The notes: generated by a model not told the origin, from the sequence alone. A DNA stretch of 64,000 bases from Leucoraja erinacea (GCF_028641065.1 NC_073407.1:124001-188000); one strand, 5' to 3'. Positions 23,637 to 38,250 are shown, counted from the first letter of the stretch. Translations and numbers: made by a program.

Positions 23637-24679
23637 GTTGGAAGGTTCTCAATGCAGGTTTCACCAGCGACTGTATCCAGGGATTTTAAAAAAAGGTAAA
23701 TGCGGTAGACAATTAGGATCATGAACTTTCAATACCATGCCACTTCATCTATATCCTCCACTGAGGGAATGCATTTGATAACTACAACAAGGCAAGGGAA
23801 TACAGTAAAGTGAAGGCCATTGAGCAATATAGAAGAGTGTTTGTCCACATATCCTTAAAGGTACCAGTACAGATGGTTGAAAAGACAGAATGTTATTAAC
23901 TGAATTAAAATATAAGAGTAAGGAGGTTAAGCTACTTAAATGGCAGAAAAACTAGCAAACACTCTAGCATTTGTTGGATAGAGGTGGCGTGGGAGGAATT
24001 ATCAATATTTCGGGTTGAGAGCTGGAATCAGAACTGAGTGATGAGGGAAGTTAGCCAAAATAAAGAGAAGGGGGGAAGCGAGTCAGGGACTCTTGGCTGA
24101 TAGGTGGACCAAGGCGTAGTGAAAGTTGATGGGCGGATCTATTACAGGAAAGATCCTCTCCTGGGCAGAGACAATGGAAGTTACTGCTTATGTGATTGCC
24201 TTTCAACATATACCACAAGACAGAAATATCTCAGTGAAAATTAGGTCAATACTTTATCTCACATGCCTACATGCATGTGTGGAAGAATGCATTACAGGGA
24301 ATGGTGGAGAAATGGGATGTGGTTATTTTAAGCATCAGCATAGACTTAACAAGCCAATTGCAGCCTCCTGTGCAGAAAATAATGCAAAATAAGTGGCCAC
24401 AGAGGGCAGTGGAGGCCAAGTCACTGAGTGGATTTAAGAGAGAGTCAGATAGAGCTCTAGGAGCTAGTGAAATCATGGGATATGGGGAGAAGGCAGGCAC
24501 GGGTTATTGATTGGGGATGATCAGCCATGATCACAATAAATGCTGCGCTGGCTCGAAGGGCTGAATAGCCTCCTCCTGCACCTATTTTCCATGTTTCTAT
24601 ATTACTTTTCCATCATGCGTGGGCATAGAGATGGGGTGTGAACTTGGAGTAGGGGTTAGTTTATCATGAAATATAAATT

Positions 24680-27320
24680 TGGTGGGAAAGATGATGGAGT
24701 CAATTATTAAAGATGCATTTGGATAGCAGTAAAAGGATTAGTCCAAGTCAACATGGATTTATGAAAGGGAAATCATGCTTGACTAACCTTCTGGAATTTT
24801 TTGAGGATATGACAAGTAAAATGGATGAAGGGGTGCCAGTGGATGTAGAGTATCTAGACTTTCTGAAAGCCTTTGATAAAATCCCGCACGGGAGACTGGT
24901 AACTAAAATTGGAGCACATGGTATTGGGGGTCGGGTGTTGACATGGATAGAAAATTGGTTGGCAGACTGGAAGCAAAGAGCTGCAGTGAACGTGTCCTTT
25001 TCAGAATGGCAGGCAGTGGCGAGTGGAGTGTCGCAAGGCTCGGTGTTGGGGACGCAACTGTTTACCATATATATTAATGATTTGGAAGAGGGAATTAGGA
25101 GAAACACTAGCAAGTTTGCAGATGACACAAAGCTGGGTGGCTGTGTGAGCTGTGAAAAGGATGTTAGGTTGCAGGGTGACCCGGACAAGCTGAGTGAGTC
25201 GGCAGATGCAGTATAATATAGATAAATGTGAGGTTATCCACTTTGGCAGCAAAAACAAGGGGGCAGATTATTATCTCAATGGGGTTAGGTTAGGTAAGGG
25301 GGAGGTGCAGCAAGACCTGGGCGTCCTTGTGCATCGGTTATTGAAAGTTGGCTTACAGGTACAGCAGGCAGTGAGGAAAGCTAATGGAAAGTTGGCCTTC
25401 ATAACAAGAGGATTTCAGTATAGGAGTAAAGAGGTTCTTCTGCGGTTGTATAGGGCTCTGGTGAGACCACATCTGGAGTATTGTGTACAGTTTTGGTCTC
25501 CTAATTTGGTCTCCTTGTGATTGAGGCACATAGGTTCACGAGATTGGTCCCTGGGATGGCGGGACTGTCATATGAGGAAAGATTGAAAAGACTAGGCTTG
25601 TATTCACTGCAGTTTAGAAGGATGAGCGAGGATCTTATAGAAACATATAAAATTATAAAAGGACTGGACAAGCTAGATGCAGGAAAAATGTTCCCAATGT
25701 TGGGCGAGTCCAGAACCAGGGGCCACAGTCTTGGAATAAAGGGGAGGTAATTTAAGACTGAGGTGAGAAAAAAAACATTTTCACCCAGAGAGTCGTGAAT
25801 TTATGGAATTCCCTGCCACAGAGGGCAGTGGAGGCCAAGTCACCGGATGGATTTAAGAGGGATTTAGATAGAGCTCTAAGGGCTAGTGGAGCCAAAGGAT
25901 ATGGAGAGAAGGCAGGCATGGGTTATTGATAGGGGACGATCAGCCAAGATCACAATGAATGGCGGTTCTGGCTCGAAGGGCCGAATGGCCTCCTCCTGCA
26001 CCAATTTTCTATGTTTCTATGTTTCTATGTTTCTATTGCTGACATAGTTTGTTGCCTGATTTTAGATGTGTATTGCTCACATGTATCAGGTTAGTGGTGC
26101 ACTTGTGGTGATGTGGATGTGGATGTGTATCTGCCCACGACTACCCGTGTGAGGTAAAGGATCTCCTAGCAGTGGAGACCTCGTGATCAGACATGTCTTT
26201 GGTGGCAAAACCAAAGGATAATTGTTTGCCAGTCAAATGAGCTGCTTTGCACTGGGAATTGACAGTGCTGATAGAGCTGCATTAATCCTAGTCAGAGTAG
26301 CCCATCGCATTTCTGCGTGGTGGAGAGGCTTTAGGTAGCGATGTTACAAAATTTTGAGATTTTAAAAATCAAGTCTGCAATTTATCCCAAGTTTGCGGAT
26401 GACACAAAGCTGGGTGGCAGTGTGAGCTGTGAAGAGGATGTTAGGAGGTTGCAGGGTAACCTCGACAGGTTCAGTGAGTGGGCAGATGGATGGCAGATGC
26501 TGTATAATATAGATTAATGTGAGGTTATCCACTTTGTCGGCAAAAACAAGAGGGCAGATTATTATCTCAATGGGGTTGGATTAGGTAAGTGGGAGGTGCA
26601 GCTAGACCTGGGCGTCCTTGTACACCGGTCAATGGAAGTTGGCTTACAGGTACAGCAGGCAGTGAAGAAAACTAATGGAATGGTGGCCTTCATAAAAAGA
26701 GGATTTCAGTATAGGAGTAAAGAGGTTCTTCTGCAGTTGTATAGGGCTCTGGTGAGACCACATTTGGAGTATTGTGTACAGTTTTGATCTCCTAATTTGA
26801 GGAAGGACATCCTTGTGATTGAGGCAGTGCAGCATGGGTTCACGAGATTGATCCCTGGGATGGCGGGACTGTCATATGAGGAAAGATTGAAAAGACTAGG
26901 CTTGTATTCACTGGAGTTTAGAAGGATGAGGGGTATCTTATAAAAACATATAAAATTATAAAAGGACTGGACAAGCTAGATGCAGGAAACATGTTCCCAA
27001 TGTTGGGCGAGTCCAGAACCAAGGGCCACAGTCTTAGAATAAAGGGGAGGTTCATTTAAAACTGAGGTGAGTAGAAACTTTTTCATCCAGAGAGTTGTGA
27101 ATTTATGGAATTCCCTGCCACAGAGGGCAGTGGAGGCCAAGTCACTGGATAGATTTAAGAGAAAGTTAGATAGAGCTCTAGGGGCTAATGGAGTCAAGGG
27201 ATTTGGGGAGAAGGCAGGCACGGGTTATTGATAGGGGACGATCAGCCATGATCAGAATGAATGGCGGCGCTGGCTCGAAGGGCCAAATGGCCTCCTCCTG
27301 CACCTATTTTCTATGTTTCT
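24680..27320 (+). mobile_element. Two tandem 5'-truncated CR1 copies (24680-26035, 26389-27320)
   Basis: RT motifs and (TTTCTATG)n tails. Confidence 0.9.
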
Positions 27321-28008
27321 ATCAGCCATGATTGAATGGTGGAGTAGACGTGATGGGTCGAATGGCCTAATGCTGCTTCTAAAACTTAGGAAATCATATT
27401 AATTCTTAGTGTGAAGGAAACATTATTAGAAAAAGCAGTTCGATTGCACAGATGCATTAACTGCATTCATTCTGAAAAAATATTTGACTTACAGAAAGTG
27501 GGAAGGAAAGAACAGGCAAAGATGAAAGGAGATAGATCAGCTAGAAATGTAGGTGCAGAAGTGGTAGACAGAGTTTAATTGAGACAAAGTGTGAGCGATT
27601 GTGCTTTGAGAGGTTCCAGGGCAAGATGAAAGTGTTCAGTGAATGGTAGTGCCCTTGGAAAAACATATGTAAAGAGGTATCCTTGGTGCAAGTCCATTAT
27701 TCCCTGAAAGTGGCAACACAAGTGGATAGGAAATTGAATATGGCTTACGGGATTGCTTGTCTTCAATAGTCACGGCATGAGTACAAAAGACAGAAAGTTA
27801 AATATCAAATGTAATTCAATACTGAGAAATGAGGAAGTGCACTCGAGAAGGAGATAAAAGACAAGGAAATCGACAATAACTAACAGAATTTGAGTGTAGT
27901 GACAGAAGGGTACTGAGAAGATTTACGAAGATGTTGCCAGAACTGGAGGGCAACAGGGAAAGGTTGAGTCGGCTGGGTGACAACGCAGGATGATGAGGGG
28001 TGATCTCA

Positions 28009-28320
28009 TCTCTATACCTGTAAAAGTCTGATCTTTTGTCTGTGTGTGTGTGTGTGTGCGTGTGCGCACGCACGCGCGCGCCTGTCTGTCTGTATTCATT
28101 GTATCTTCCTCAAAACGCTACGTGCTAGATTTTTACAAGTTCTTACTCATATTTGTCCCCTCCACGACCTCATCAGGTTCACCAGATTTCATTCTCTATT
28201 TCAAAAGTTATTTGTGATTAAAGTTAAAAAAATAAAGCCAAAAACCACTTCTCACAGAGAGTCTTTTTCCAGCAGCTTCAAATGATGATGTCACAATGCC
28301 ACTTACCGTGAACCAATCAC
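28009..28320 (+). mobile_element. Probable Helitron 5' fragment inserted in an old CR1
   Basis: A|TCTCTATACC...GATCTT start resembles the one at 10820, followed by (GT)n. No CTAG end found. Confidence 0.45.
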
Positions 28321-29445
28321 AATTGGCCCTTAAGCTGCCCACTGCCACAATGACATCCTAACCGCAGCAGAAGGAGAGGTTGCCAAAGGCAGGCCCTGTC
28401 AGAGAGGGGGCAACGAGTGCCATTTGGCATGAGCCTCATGCCTGTCTGCTTCAAAGGGATCTTGATTTGGGGGCCTCTAAAATGGAGGGGCCTCTGCTTG
28501 ATCTTGGTTTGGGGGCCTCTAAAATTGAAGTTCCTCCATGAGAGGGCCTGGCCAAAGCTGCCATAAAGGGAGGAAGGGAGAGGGACAGGGGTGGAGAATG
28601 TTGCACATGGCCTGTTCATGCGCTCGTCGGCCTTCTGAGTTTTTTGTGGCGATGTAGAGACCATGTTCCATGTGTATATGGAGTGTGTGAGGTTACTTCC
28701 CCGGTACGAATATCTGAAGGGGCTGCTCCACAAGTTCTGGTTCCATTTTAGTCCCACGATCCTGGTGTTTGGACACAAGCAGGGAGTGATGGGGGGGGGG
28801 GAGGAATCTCCGCTGGTCTGTTCCTGGGCCTGGCCAAGATGACCATTCGCGGGTCCCCCCCCTCGGGCTCCCACACCCCCCTCCCATCGCCCCTCCCCAC
28901 CCCTTGGCCCCCACAACCCTCCGCTGCCCCCTTGCAACGTGGGGACAATTGATTGATTTGCCTCGGTGGGTGATGACTCTGGGTGGCGCCCGTTCCTTGG
29001 TGAACGCCGACGCAGCGATCCCTTTACCCACCGCAAGGACCAGAGGGCGCCCGTCTAAGGTGGGTGAACGCCGAGGCAGATTTTTCACACAAAGGGTGGT
29101 GGGTGTATGAAACGAGCTGCCAGAGGAGGTAGTTGAGGCACGGACTATCTGAACGTTTATGAAACAGTTAGACAGGTACATGAATAGGACAGGTTTAGAG
29201 GGATATGGGCCAAAAGCAGGCAGGTGAGACCTGTGTAGCTAGGACATATTGGCCAGCGTGGGTACGTTAGGCTGAAGAGCCTGTTTCCATGCTGATAGCA
29301 TCTATAACAGTGGAACCCGGAGTTTAGATCCACAGATCTTCCCAGGATCAATAAGATGGTTAAAGGCCAAAAAACAATGTATCTATTTCGAAGCTTGTAT
29401 ACAGTAAGAAGGAACAAGGCTATAACCATACACAACATGGTCTTT

Positions 29446-29758
29446 GGCGGCACGGTGGCGCAGCAGTAGAGTTGCTGCCTTAAAGGCTTGCAGCATCAGA
29501 GAATAAGGTTCGATCCAGACTATGGGTGTTGAATGTATGGAGTTTACATGTTCTCCCCTTGACCTGTATGGATTTTCTCATTGATCTTCAGTTTCCTCCC
29601 ACACTCCAAAGATGTACAGGTATGTAGGTAAATTGACTTGGTAAATATAAAAATTGTCCCTATCTTGTGTGTAGGACAGTACCCAGTAGGATATGCGAGG
29701 ATCGCTGGGCGATGCGGACCCGTTGGGCCGAAGGGCCTATTTCCAGACTGTATCTCTA
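29446..29758 (+). mobile_element. HE1/V-SINE
   Basis: tRNA-derived head GGCGGCACGGTGGCGCAG with B box GGTTCGATCC, V-domain, CR1-derived 3' end. Confidence 0.9.
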
Positions 29759-29759
29759 C

Positions 29760-32700
29760 ACCCAGGTCTCGTTGCATCTCCCCCTTTCCTAATCGGCCAC
29801 CATTCAGATAATAGTCTACTTTCCTGGTCTTGCCACCAAAGTAGATAACCTCATATTTATCCACATTATACTGCATCTGCCCACTCACCCAACCTATCCA
29901 AGTCACCTTGCAGCCTCCTAGCATCCTCCTCACAGCTAACACTGCCCCCCCAGCTTCGTGTCATCCGCAAACTTGGAGATGTTGCATTCAATTCCCTCAT
30001 CCAGATCATTAATATATATTGTAAATAGCTGGGGTCCCAGCACTGAGCATTGCGGTACTCCACTAGTCACTGCCTGCCATTCTGAAAAGGACCCATTTAC
30101 TCCTACTCTTTGCTTCCTGTCTGCCAGCCAGTTCTCTATCCACATCAATATTGAACCCCCAATACCGTGTGCTTTAAGTTTGCATACTAATCTCTTATGT
30201 GGGACCTTGTCGTAAGCCTTCTGAGAGTCCAGATATAACACGTCCACTGGTTCTCCCTTAACCACTCTACTAGTTACATCCTCGAAAAATTCTATAAGAT
30301 TCGTCAGACATGATTTACCTTTCATAAATCCATGCTGACTTTGTCCAATGAATTCACCACTTTCCAAATGTGGTGCTATCCCATCTTTAATAACTGAGTC
30401 CAGAATTTTCCCCACTACCGATGTTAAACTAACTGGTCTGTAATTCCCCGTTTTCTCTCTCCCTCACTTTTTAAAAAGTGGGGTTACATTAGCTACCCTC
30501 CAACCCGCAGGAACTACTTCAGAATCTAAAGAGTTTTGAAAAAGTATCACTAATGCATCCACTATTTCTGCGGCTACTTCCTTCAGTACTCTGGGATGCA
30601 ACTTATCTGGCCCTGGGGATTTATCGACCTTTAATCCATTCAATATACCTAACACCACTTAAGATATGCCATTTATTGTCACTATACATGTACAGTGAAA
30701 CTGAAAGCTGCTCGTACTCAGTGCATACATACAATTTAGCACAAAAAACAAGAAACAGAAAAAAAAAAAAAAACTAGGGGGGTGCACAAATTCTGCGGCG
30801 CTACATACATATATACATATATACAGATGGAAGTCCGTGTTGGGCGGTGTAGTCAGTGCATGTGTGAATTTGAATTTATAGTAGATATAATTCTCGGAAA
30901 GCAACTATTCCTGAGTCTGTTTGTCCTGGATTTGATGCACCTATAGCGCCTTCCAGAGGGCAGCAGGTCGAACAGTCCAAACGCAGGATGGGAGCTGTCT
31001 TTGATGATCTTCTTTGCCCTGCTAAGGCAGCGGGAGGTGTAGAGGTCCATCAGGGAGGGGAGAGGGCAGCCAATGATCCTCTGCGCTGTCCTGGTTACCC
31101 TCTGAAGCCTCTCCCTGTCTGCCATGGTGCAGCTGCCATACCATGCTGTAATGCAGTATGTCAGCAGGCTCTCGATGGACGAGCGGTAGAAGGTCAGCAG
31201 CAGGTTAGAGTCCAGGTTGTGCTTCCTGAGGACCCTCAGGACGTGCAGCCACTGCTGAGCCTTCTTGATGACCGCTGTCGTGTTGTCCGTCCAGGAGATG
31301 TCAGCAGCGATATGGACGCCGAGAAACCGGAAGGTGTTGACCCTCTCCACACACTCGCCGTTGATGTGTAGGGGGGCTAACTCGGTGCTGTGCCTCCTGA
31401 AGTCGACAATGAGCTCTTTTGTTTTCCTGGTGTTCAGAGCCAGATTGTTTTCTGAGCACCAGGTTGTCAACTTCTTCAGAATTTAACTTCTTCAGCACTT
31501 CCCAGCTAACCTGGATTTCACTCAGTTCCTCCATCTCATTTAACCCCCGGTCCCTTGCTATTTCCGGCAGATTATTTATGTCTTAATGAAGACAGAACCA
31601 AAGTAGTTATTCAATTGGTCTGCCATGTCCTTGTTCCCCATGATCAATTTGCCTGTTTCTGATTGCAAGGGACCTACATTGAGTGCAGGCAGGTGGGACA
31701 AAGGGGAAAAAAAATTGTTCGGCATGGACTTGTAGGGCCGAGATGGCCTGTTTCCGTGCTGTAATTGTTATATGGTTACATTTGTTTTAACTAATCTTTT
31801 CCTCTTCACATATCTATAAAAACTTTTGCAGTCAGTTTTTATGCTACATCTTGGCAGGACAAATCAAAATAGGACGTACATGGTAAATGGTAGGGAATTG
31901 AAGAATGTAGGTGAACAGAGGGATCTGGGAATAACTGTGCACAGTTCCCTGAAAGTGGAATCTCATGTAGATAGGGTGGTAAAGAAAGCTTTTGGTCTGC
32001 TGGCCTTTATAAATCAGAGCATTGAGTATAGAAGTTGGGATGTAATGTTAAAATTGTACAAGGCATTGGTGAGACCAATTCTGGAGTATGGTGTACAATT
32101 TTGGTCGCCTAATTATAGGAAGGATGTCAACAAAGCGGAGAGAGTACAGAGGAGATTTACTAGAATGTTGCCTGGGTTTCAGCAACTAAGTTACAGAGAA
32201 AGGTTGAACAAGTTAGGGCTTTATTCTTTGGAGCGCAGAAGGTTAAGGGGGGGACGATAGAGGTCTTTAAAATGATGAGAGGGATAGACAGAGTTGACGT
32301 GGATAAGCTTTTCCCACTGAGAGTAGGGAAGATTCAAACAAGGGGACATGACTTGAGAATTAAGGGACAGAAGTTTAGGGGTAACATGAGGGGGAACTTC
32401 TTTACTCAGAGAGTGGTGGCTGTGTGGAATGAGCTTCCCGTGAAGGTGGTGGATGCAGGTTCGTTTTTATCATTTAAAAATAAATTGGATAGTTATATGG
32501 GCGGGAAAGGAATGGAGGGTTATGGTCTGAGCGCAGGTATATGGGACTAGGGGAGAATACGTGTTCGGCACGGACTAGGGTCGAGATGGCCTGTTTCCGT
32601 GCTGTAATTGTTATATGGTTATATGATTATGTACCCTGCCAGTTTTCTTTCATAATCTATTTTCTCTTTCCTAATTAAGCCCTTTGTCCTCCTCTGCTGG

Positions 32701-33860
32701 ACTCTGAATTTCTCCCAGTCCCCTGGTAGGCTGCTTTTTCTGACTAATTTGTATGCTTCATCTTTTGTTTTGATACTATCCCTTATTTCCCCTTTTTATC
32801 CACGGATGCACTACCTTCCCTGATTAATTCTTTGGCCAAATTAGGATGAACAATTGTTGTAGTTCATCCATGCAGTCTTTAGATGCCTTCTATTGCATAT
32901 CCACCGTCAACCCTTTAAGAATCAATTGCCAGTCTATCTTGGCCAATTCACGTCTCATACCCTCAAAGTCACTTTTCTTTAAGTCCAGGACACTTGTTTC
33001 TGAATTAACAATGTCAGTCTCCATCCTAGCGAAGAACTCAACCATATTATAGTCACTCTTGCCCAAGGGGGCACGCACAACAAGACTGCTAACTAACCCT
33101 TCCTCATTACTCAATACCCAGTCTAGAATAGCCTGCTCTCTCGTTGGCTACTCTACATGTTCGTTTAGAAAACTATCCTGCATACATTCCAAGAAATCCT
33201 CTTCCTCAGCACCCCTGCCAATTTGATTCACCCAATCTATATGTAGATTGAAGTCACCCATTATAACTGTTTTACCTTTGTTGCATGCATTTCTAATTTC
33301 CTGTTTGATGCCATCCCCAACTCCACTACTACTGTTAGGTTCTGTACACAACTCCCACTAGCGTTTTCTGCCCCTTGGTGTTTCGCAGCTCTACCCATAT
33401 CGATTCCACATACTCCAAGCTAATGTCCTTCCTTTCCATTGCGTTAATCTCCTCTCTAACCAGCAACGCTACCCCAACTCCTTTTCCTATCTGTCTATCC
33501 CTCCTGAATATTGAATATCCCTGAATGTTCAGTTCCCAGCCTTGGTCACCCTGGAGCCATGTCTCCGTGATCCCAATTATATCATATTCATTAATAACTA
33601 TCTGCACATTCAACTCATCCACCTTATTACGAATGCTCCTTGCATTGAGACACAAAGCCTTCAGGCTTGTTTTTACAACACTCTTACCCCTTATACAAAT
33701 ATGTTGAAAAGTGGCCCTTTTGATTTTTGCCCTGGATTTGTCTGCCTGCCACTTTTACTTTTCACCTTGCTACCTATTGCTTCTACCCTCATTTTACACC
33801 CCTCTGTCTCTCTGCTCGCACCCATCCCCCTGCCAAATGAGTTTAAATCCTCCCCGACAG
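29760..33860 (-). mobile_element. Long CR1 with nested Rex1 and two plus-strand CR1 insertions
   Basis: APE CLNARSIRNK...GITETW and RT pieces, interrupted at 30661-31470, 31681-31777 and 31843-32625. Confidence 0.85.
30661..31470 (-). mobile_element. Rex1/Babar LINE 3' portion with intact frame
   Basis: WCSENNLALNTRKTKELIVDFRR...FYRSSIESLLTY...LLPSGRRYR. Confidence 0.9.
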
Positions 33861-34406
33861 CAGGATTTAAACGTCTGCAACCATTGACGTTGTACACTGG
33901 TGAGGGTCTCTGAGAGGGATTTTATAAGTGGGTACAACGTCTCTTTTGGGCCCCCTTCCGACTCTGCTGGGTCCTTGTGCTCTCCGCCCCCCCACTGGGA
34001 AGACACATCAGTAGTCATGGGTCTTGCCCTTCCCCCTCTTTTAATCAGGTTACTACGACCACACACCCACTAGTTAAAATTCCCCGCTTTATTATGGAGC
34101 ATAATTGCTACCAATTACGATATATAAAACTATATAGACTCTCACAAAATGTGAATGCTGGTCTTCACAAAATGTATGGAAAGATTTTCTGAGATTTCAG
34201 GAAATTCCCGGCCCCCCTCCTTTGGCTTTCAGGCCCCCTTTTGGAACCCTGGCATGGGTACAATGTATTCCCTGCACCCCTGTCTCATAGGCCCTGACAC
34301 TAGTACACTCCAACTGGAAACCTACAGACCAAAAACAAAGCAATTTTCATTTCAAGGATGTAGATTACATTTGTTGAAAGGTGACAGGTAAAAATTGAGT
34401 ATCGGA

Positions 34407-35075
34407 AGGGCTTAACTTTTTTTCCCTGTTGCCAGCCGGGCAACCTTGGCAGCTTTTTAGGTTGCCAAATGACAGTTTAGGTGGTCGTTTAAGATGGCTT
34501 GCATGACGTGTGCGATAATGTGCTCGGACGAAGTGCGTAGTTACCAGTCGGAATTATACTCAATGAAGCATTCATATATTATTTCTGCTTCAAATAAAGT
34601 CACAAACTAAACATTCATCAATCAAGACATGATATATCCCATATCCCACAATGACATGCAGCAAAATTATAAGACAGTATCTCAACTCTTTTTACACATT
34701 GCAATGAATGCAATTTCCATTTGTTCTTCCCACTTCCAACAAAAATGTGGTTGGATTATTCAGCGTATGATCAACCTGTGACAATAAATCCTGGACCATG
34801 GTAACCTATATGCGTACGTATAGTTGTGAATGTTGCTCATTAAATCACTGATACTCCATATTAAGAGCATTGATTTGCCATTAAAATGAATTCTGTAATA
34901 ACGTGTCAACGGTAGCAGTGACAATCGAACACTGGGGTTTTAATGTTTCACATGTTCACAATTTAATTAATCCATCTTTATGGATTAAAACAAATAATAA
35001 CATTGGGAATTAAAATACATTTGATTGCATTCCATTATCAAACATAGTCAATGTTCGCTCTGAAGACATTTCAAG
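34407..35075 (+). mobile_element. Non-autonomous DNA transposon (hAT-like) end
   Basis: The first ~250 bp are the reverse complement of 44171-44425, which ends in a CAGGGCTC terminus. Confidence 0.6.
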
Positions 35076-35079
35076 GACA

Positions 35080-35875
35080 ATGGGGTCAGGGAGGGGGTGT
35101 GTGTGAATCAGTGTGGGGTGGGTAGATGGCGGAGGAGGAGGGTGGAGCTAGAAGACATTCGGTGCGGAATGGATGGATTGAGGCAGGTGAATTAGTACGT
35201 GTTGGTTGGAGTAGGTAAAATTGTGAGGGGTGAGCGCGGGGGATGTGAGTGGTGTTGAATGGGGGGGTTCAGTACGGGATGGATGGGGGTAGACAAAAGT
35301 GCTGGAGAAACTCAGCGGGTGAGGCAGCATCTATGGAGCGAAGGAAATAGGCAACGTTTCGGGTCGAGACCCTTCTTCAGACTGTTCCCCCCATTCTTCT
35401 TGAATGGGAGGATCAGTACAGGATGAATTGGGGGGGGGGGCGAGATCAGCACAGAGGGTCAGTACTGTGTGGATCGGAGGGTCTGTGGAGGATGAATGGG
35501 GGATCACTACAGGATGAATGAGGGGAAGGTGCAGGGTAAATGGAGGGTGCGTCAGTACGGAATGAATGCGTGGATTAATACAGTATGGATGGGGGATCAG
35601 TACAGGATGGTTGGAGGAGAAGTGCAGGATGGATGGGAAAGGGGTAAGTACAGGGTGAATTTGGGAACCAGTGTAGGATGGATGGGGGGGGGGGGGGGGG
35701 TAGCAGGAGAATTAATGCGAGGTGGATAGGGTGATCAGCGCAGGATGAATAGATTGGGGGGGGAGGGAAGATGGGGAGGGGAGCACAGGGGATGTCAGTG
35801 AGGACTGAATAGAGGCGGGAATGGGGATCAGTGCGGGATGGAGAGGAGACGTCCCAGGATAAGGGGGGGGGGGTG
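35080..35875 (+). repeat. Degenerate G-rich ~22-24 bp minisatellite (ATGGGGGGATCAGTACAGGATGA-like)
   Basis: Recurrent gatcagtacaggatg / gaatgggg units with G runs; contains a PLE tail at 35290-35384. Confidence 0.7.
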
Positions 35876-36067
35876 NNNNNNNNNNNNNNNNNNNNNNNNN
35901 NNNNNNNNNNNNNNNNNNNNNNNNNNNNNNNNNNNNNNNNNNNNNNNNNNNNNNNNNNNNNNNNNNNNNNNNNNNNNNNNNNNNNNNNNNNNNNNNNNNN
36001 NNNNNNNNNNNNNNNNNNNNNNNNNNNNNNNNNNNNNNNNNNNNNNNNNNNNNNNNNNNNNNNNNNN
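35876..36067. other. Assembly gap (192 N)
   Basis: Run of N. Confidence 1.
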
Positions 36068-36184
36068 GGAAGGAGGGTCAGCGCTCCTCGGACAACATCC
36101 GCTGCCTTGGCCGTTGGGATTTCCTCACCACCGCCTCCCTCCTCCGCCAGCCAACAGCAAGGTGTGGGGCCGAGCGGTGCAGCT

Positions 36185-36212
36185 CAAAGATCCTACAGCT
36201 ATAGGATCTATG
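36185..36212. mobile_element. 28-bp palindromic micro-MITE with 8-bp TSD
   Basis: gtgcagct-CAAAGATCCTACAGCTATAGGATCTATG-gtgcagct. Confidence 0.85.
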
Positions 36213-37514
36213 GTGCAGCTGCTTCAGAAGTGTTGCAGCGAATGACGACTCCCGCACAGCAGCAGCAGCATCAACTTAGAACAACAGCATCAGATCAACT
36301 TAGAAGACAGGTCAAGGAATGGCAGATGGAGTTTAACTGGGACATGCAAAGTGATGCATTTTTGGAAAGGAGCAGCATTTGCTGCTGTGTCAGGTGTACA
36401 TAGCGAATACAGATAGAGTATCCATTACAGTTTGAGGGAACAGCGCGATCATTCCTTTCCCGAATTATACTGAATTTACTTCACCCATCACCTGAGTGCT
36501 AATCTTGGTCTCAAAATTCTTATCCTAGATTTCAATCCCCTGTGTGGCCATCATAGTTCCAGGAATCACATCCCAATGTCAGGCACTACAATCACATCAC
36601 TACAATCAGGGAATTATCCTGTTGGTTGTCTCATTTAGGCATAGGGCATGGGAACAAACAATTTGACCACCACATCCACACTGAACAGTAGGCACCTTTC
36701 AAAATTAATCCCATCTAGCATTTGGACTCCAGCCTACAATTGCTGGCGATTCAAATGCTGGTCTGGACAGCTGTTAAATGCCGTAAGTAACTCTGCTTCT
36801 AGCATTCTTGTTGGCAGTGTTTTCCAGCTACTTGCCACTCACTGGGTAAAAAACGTCTCCCTCAAATCCCCTTTAAATCTCTCATCCCTTACCCTAAATA
36901 TGTGCCCTCTTGTTGTATTCACCTGTATAGGGAAATGTTTCCTGCAGTTTACTCTATCGATAATAAATACCCTTATAGGTTTATATACCTCAGTCTTTTC
37001 TCCTCTTAATCCCCTCTGGTCCAGGGAGAACTAACAATAACTGGAATATTGTTGAAGCTGGTGCAAAAGATGATTTGTTGAAAGTGGGAGCTGATGGGTG
37101 GAAGATGATGACCAGAGAAACTGTCATCATGTTCTGTTTAGGAGAATGGGCGATGGCAGAGATGCCGGAAACAACTAAGATACTCCCCAGGGTAGAAGGA
37201 AAGAAATGGCTCTGGAAGAAGGAAGGCCTCTCAAAAGCATCCGTGGGCCTGGCTCAGCACAGGCCTCCAATCAGAAAAACCTCATCACAACCACCTTTGG
37301 ACTCCTTCCTTCAGTTTAATTTTGAATCCAGTTGGCCAGCTCAACTGGAATTTCATGCAATTTAGAGTAGCCCAAACCTTGTCAAAATCCTTGCTGAATT
37401 CCATACAGCCAACATCCACCAAGCTTGTCCAATATTTCCTCCATGCTACCACTTTTCAGTCCTGACAAAGTCCTGTACTCCACCTTCAGTACAATTCCAC
37501 CATTCAGTACAATT

Positions 37515-38250
37515 CCACCATCTGAATGGTTGCCGATTAGGAAAAGGGAAGATGCAACGAGACCTGGGTGTCATGGTACACCAGTCATTGAAAGTAGGCA
37601 TACAGGTGCAGCAGGCAGTGAAGGAAGCGAATGGTATGTTAGCATTCATAGCGAAAGGATTTGAGTATAGGAGCAGGAAGGTTCTGCTGCAGTTGCAAAG
37701 GGCCTTGGTGAGACCACACCTGGAGTATTATGTATAGTTTTGGTCTCCTAATCTGAGGAAAGACATTCTTGCCATAGAGAGAGTACAGAGGTTCACCAGA
37801 CTGATTCCTGGGATGGCAGGACTTTCATATGAAGAAAGACTGGATAGACTCAGCTTGTACACGCTAGAATTTAGAAGATTGAGGGGGGATCTTATAGAAA
37901 CTTACAAAATTCTTAAGGGGTTGGACAAGCTAGATGCAGGAAGATTATTCCCAATGTTGGGGAAGTCCAGAACAAGGGGTCACAGTTTAAGGATAAGAGG
38001 GAAGTCTTTTAGGACCGAGATGAGAAAATCATTTTTTACACTGTGAATTCTCGGTAGTTGAGGCCAGTTCATTGGCTGGATTTAAGAGGGAGTTAGATGT
38101 GGCCCTTGTGGCTAAAGTGATACCCCCTTATGGAGAGAAGGCAGGTATGGGATATTGATTTGGATGATCAGCCATGACCATATAGAATGGCGGTGCAGGC
38201 TCGAAGGGCCGAATGGCCTACTCCTGCACCTATTTTCTATGTTTCTATGT
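37515..38250 (+). mobile_element. CR1 3' fragment
   Basis: QRDLGVMVH...LVRPHLEY; (TTTCTATG) tail. Confidence 0.9.

Noticed and set aside
28317-29181. 239-aa and 162-aa ORFs
   Set aside because: They run across a patchwork of GC-rich repeat fragments and CR1; low complexity with no domain.
35080-35875. Ig class-switch region
   Set aside because: Located downstream of the C exons, not AGCT/WGCW-rich, and chondrichthyans lack canonical S regions.
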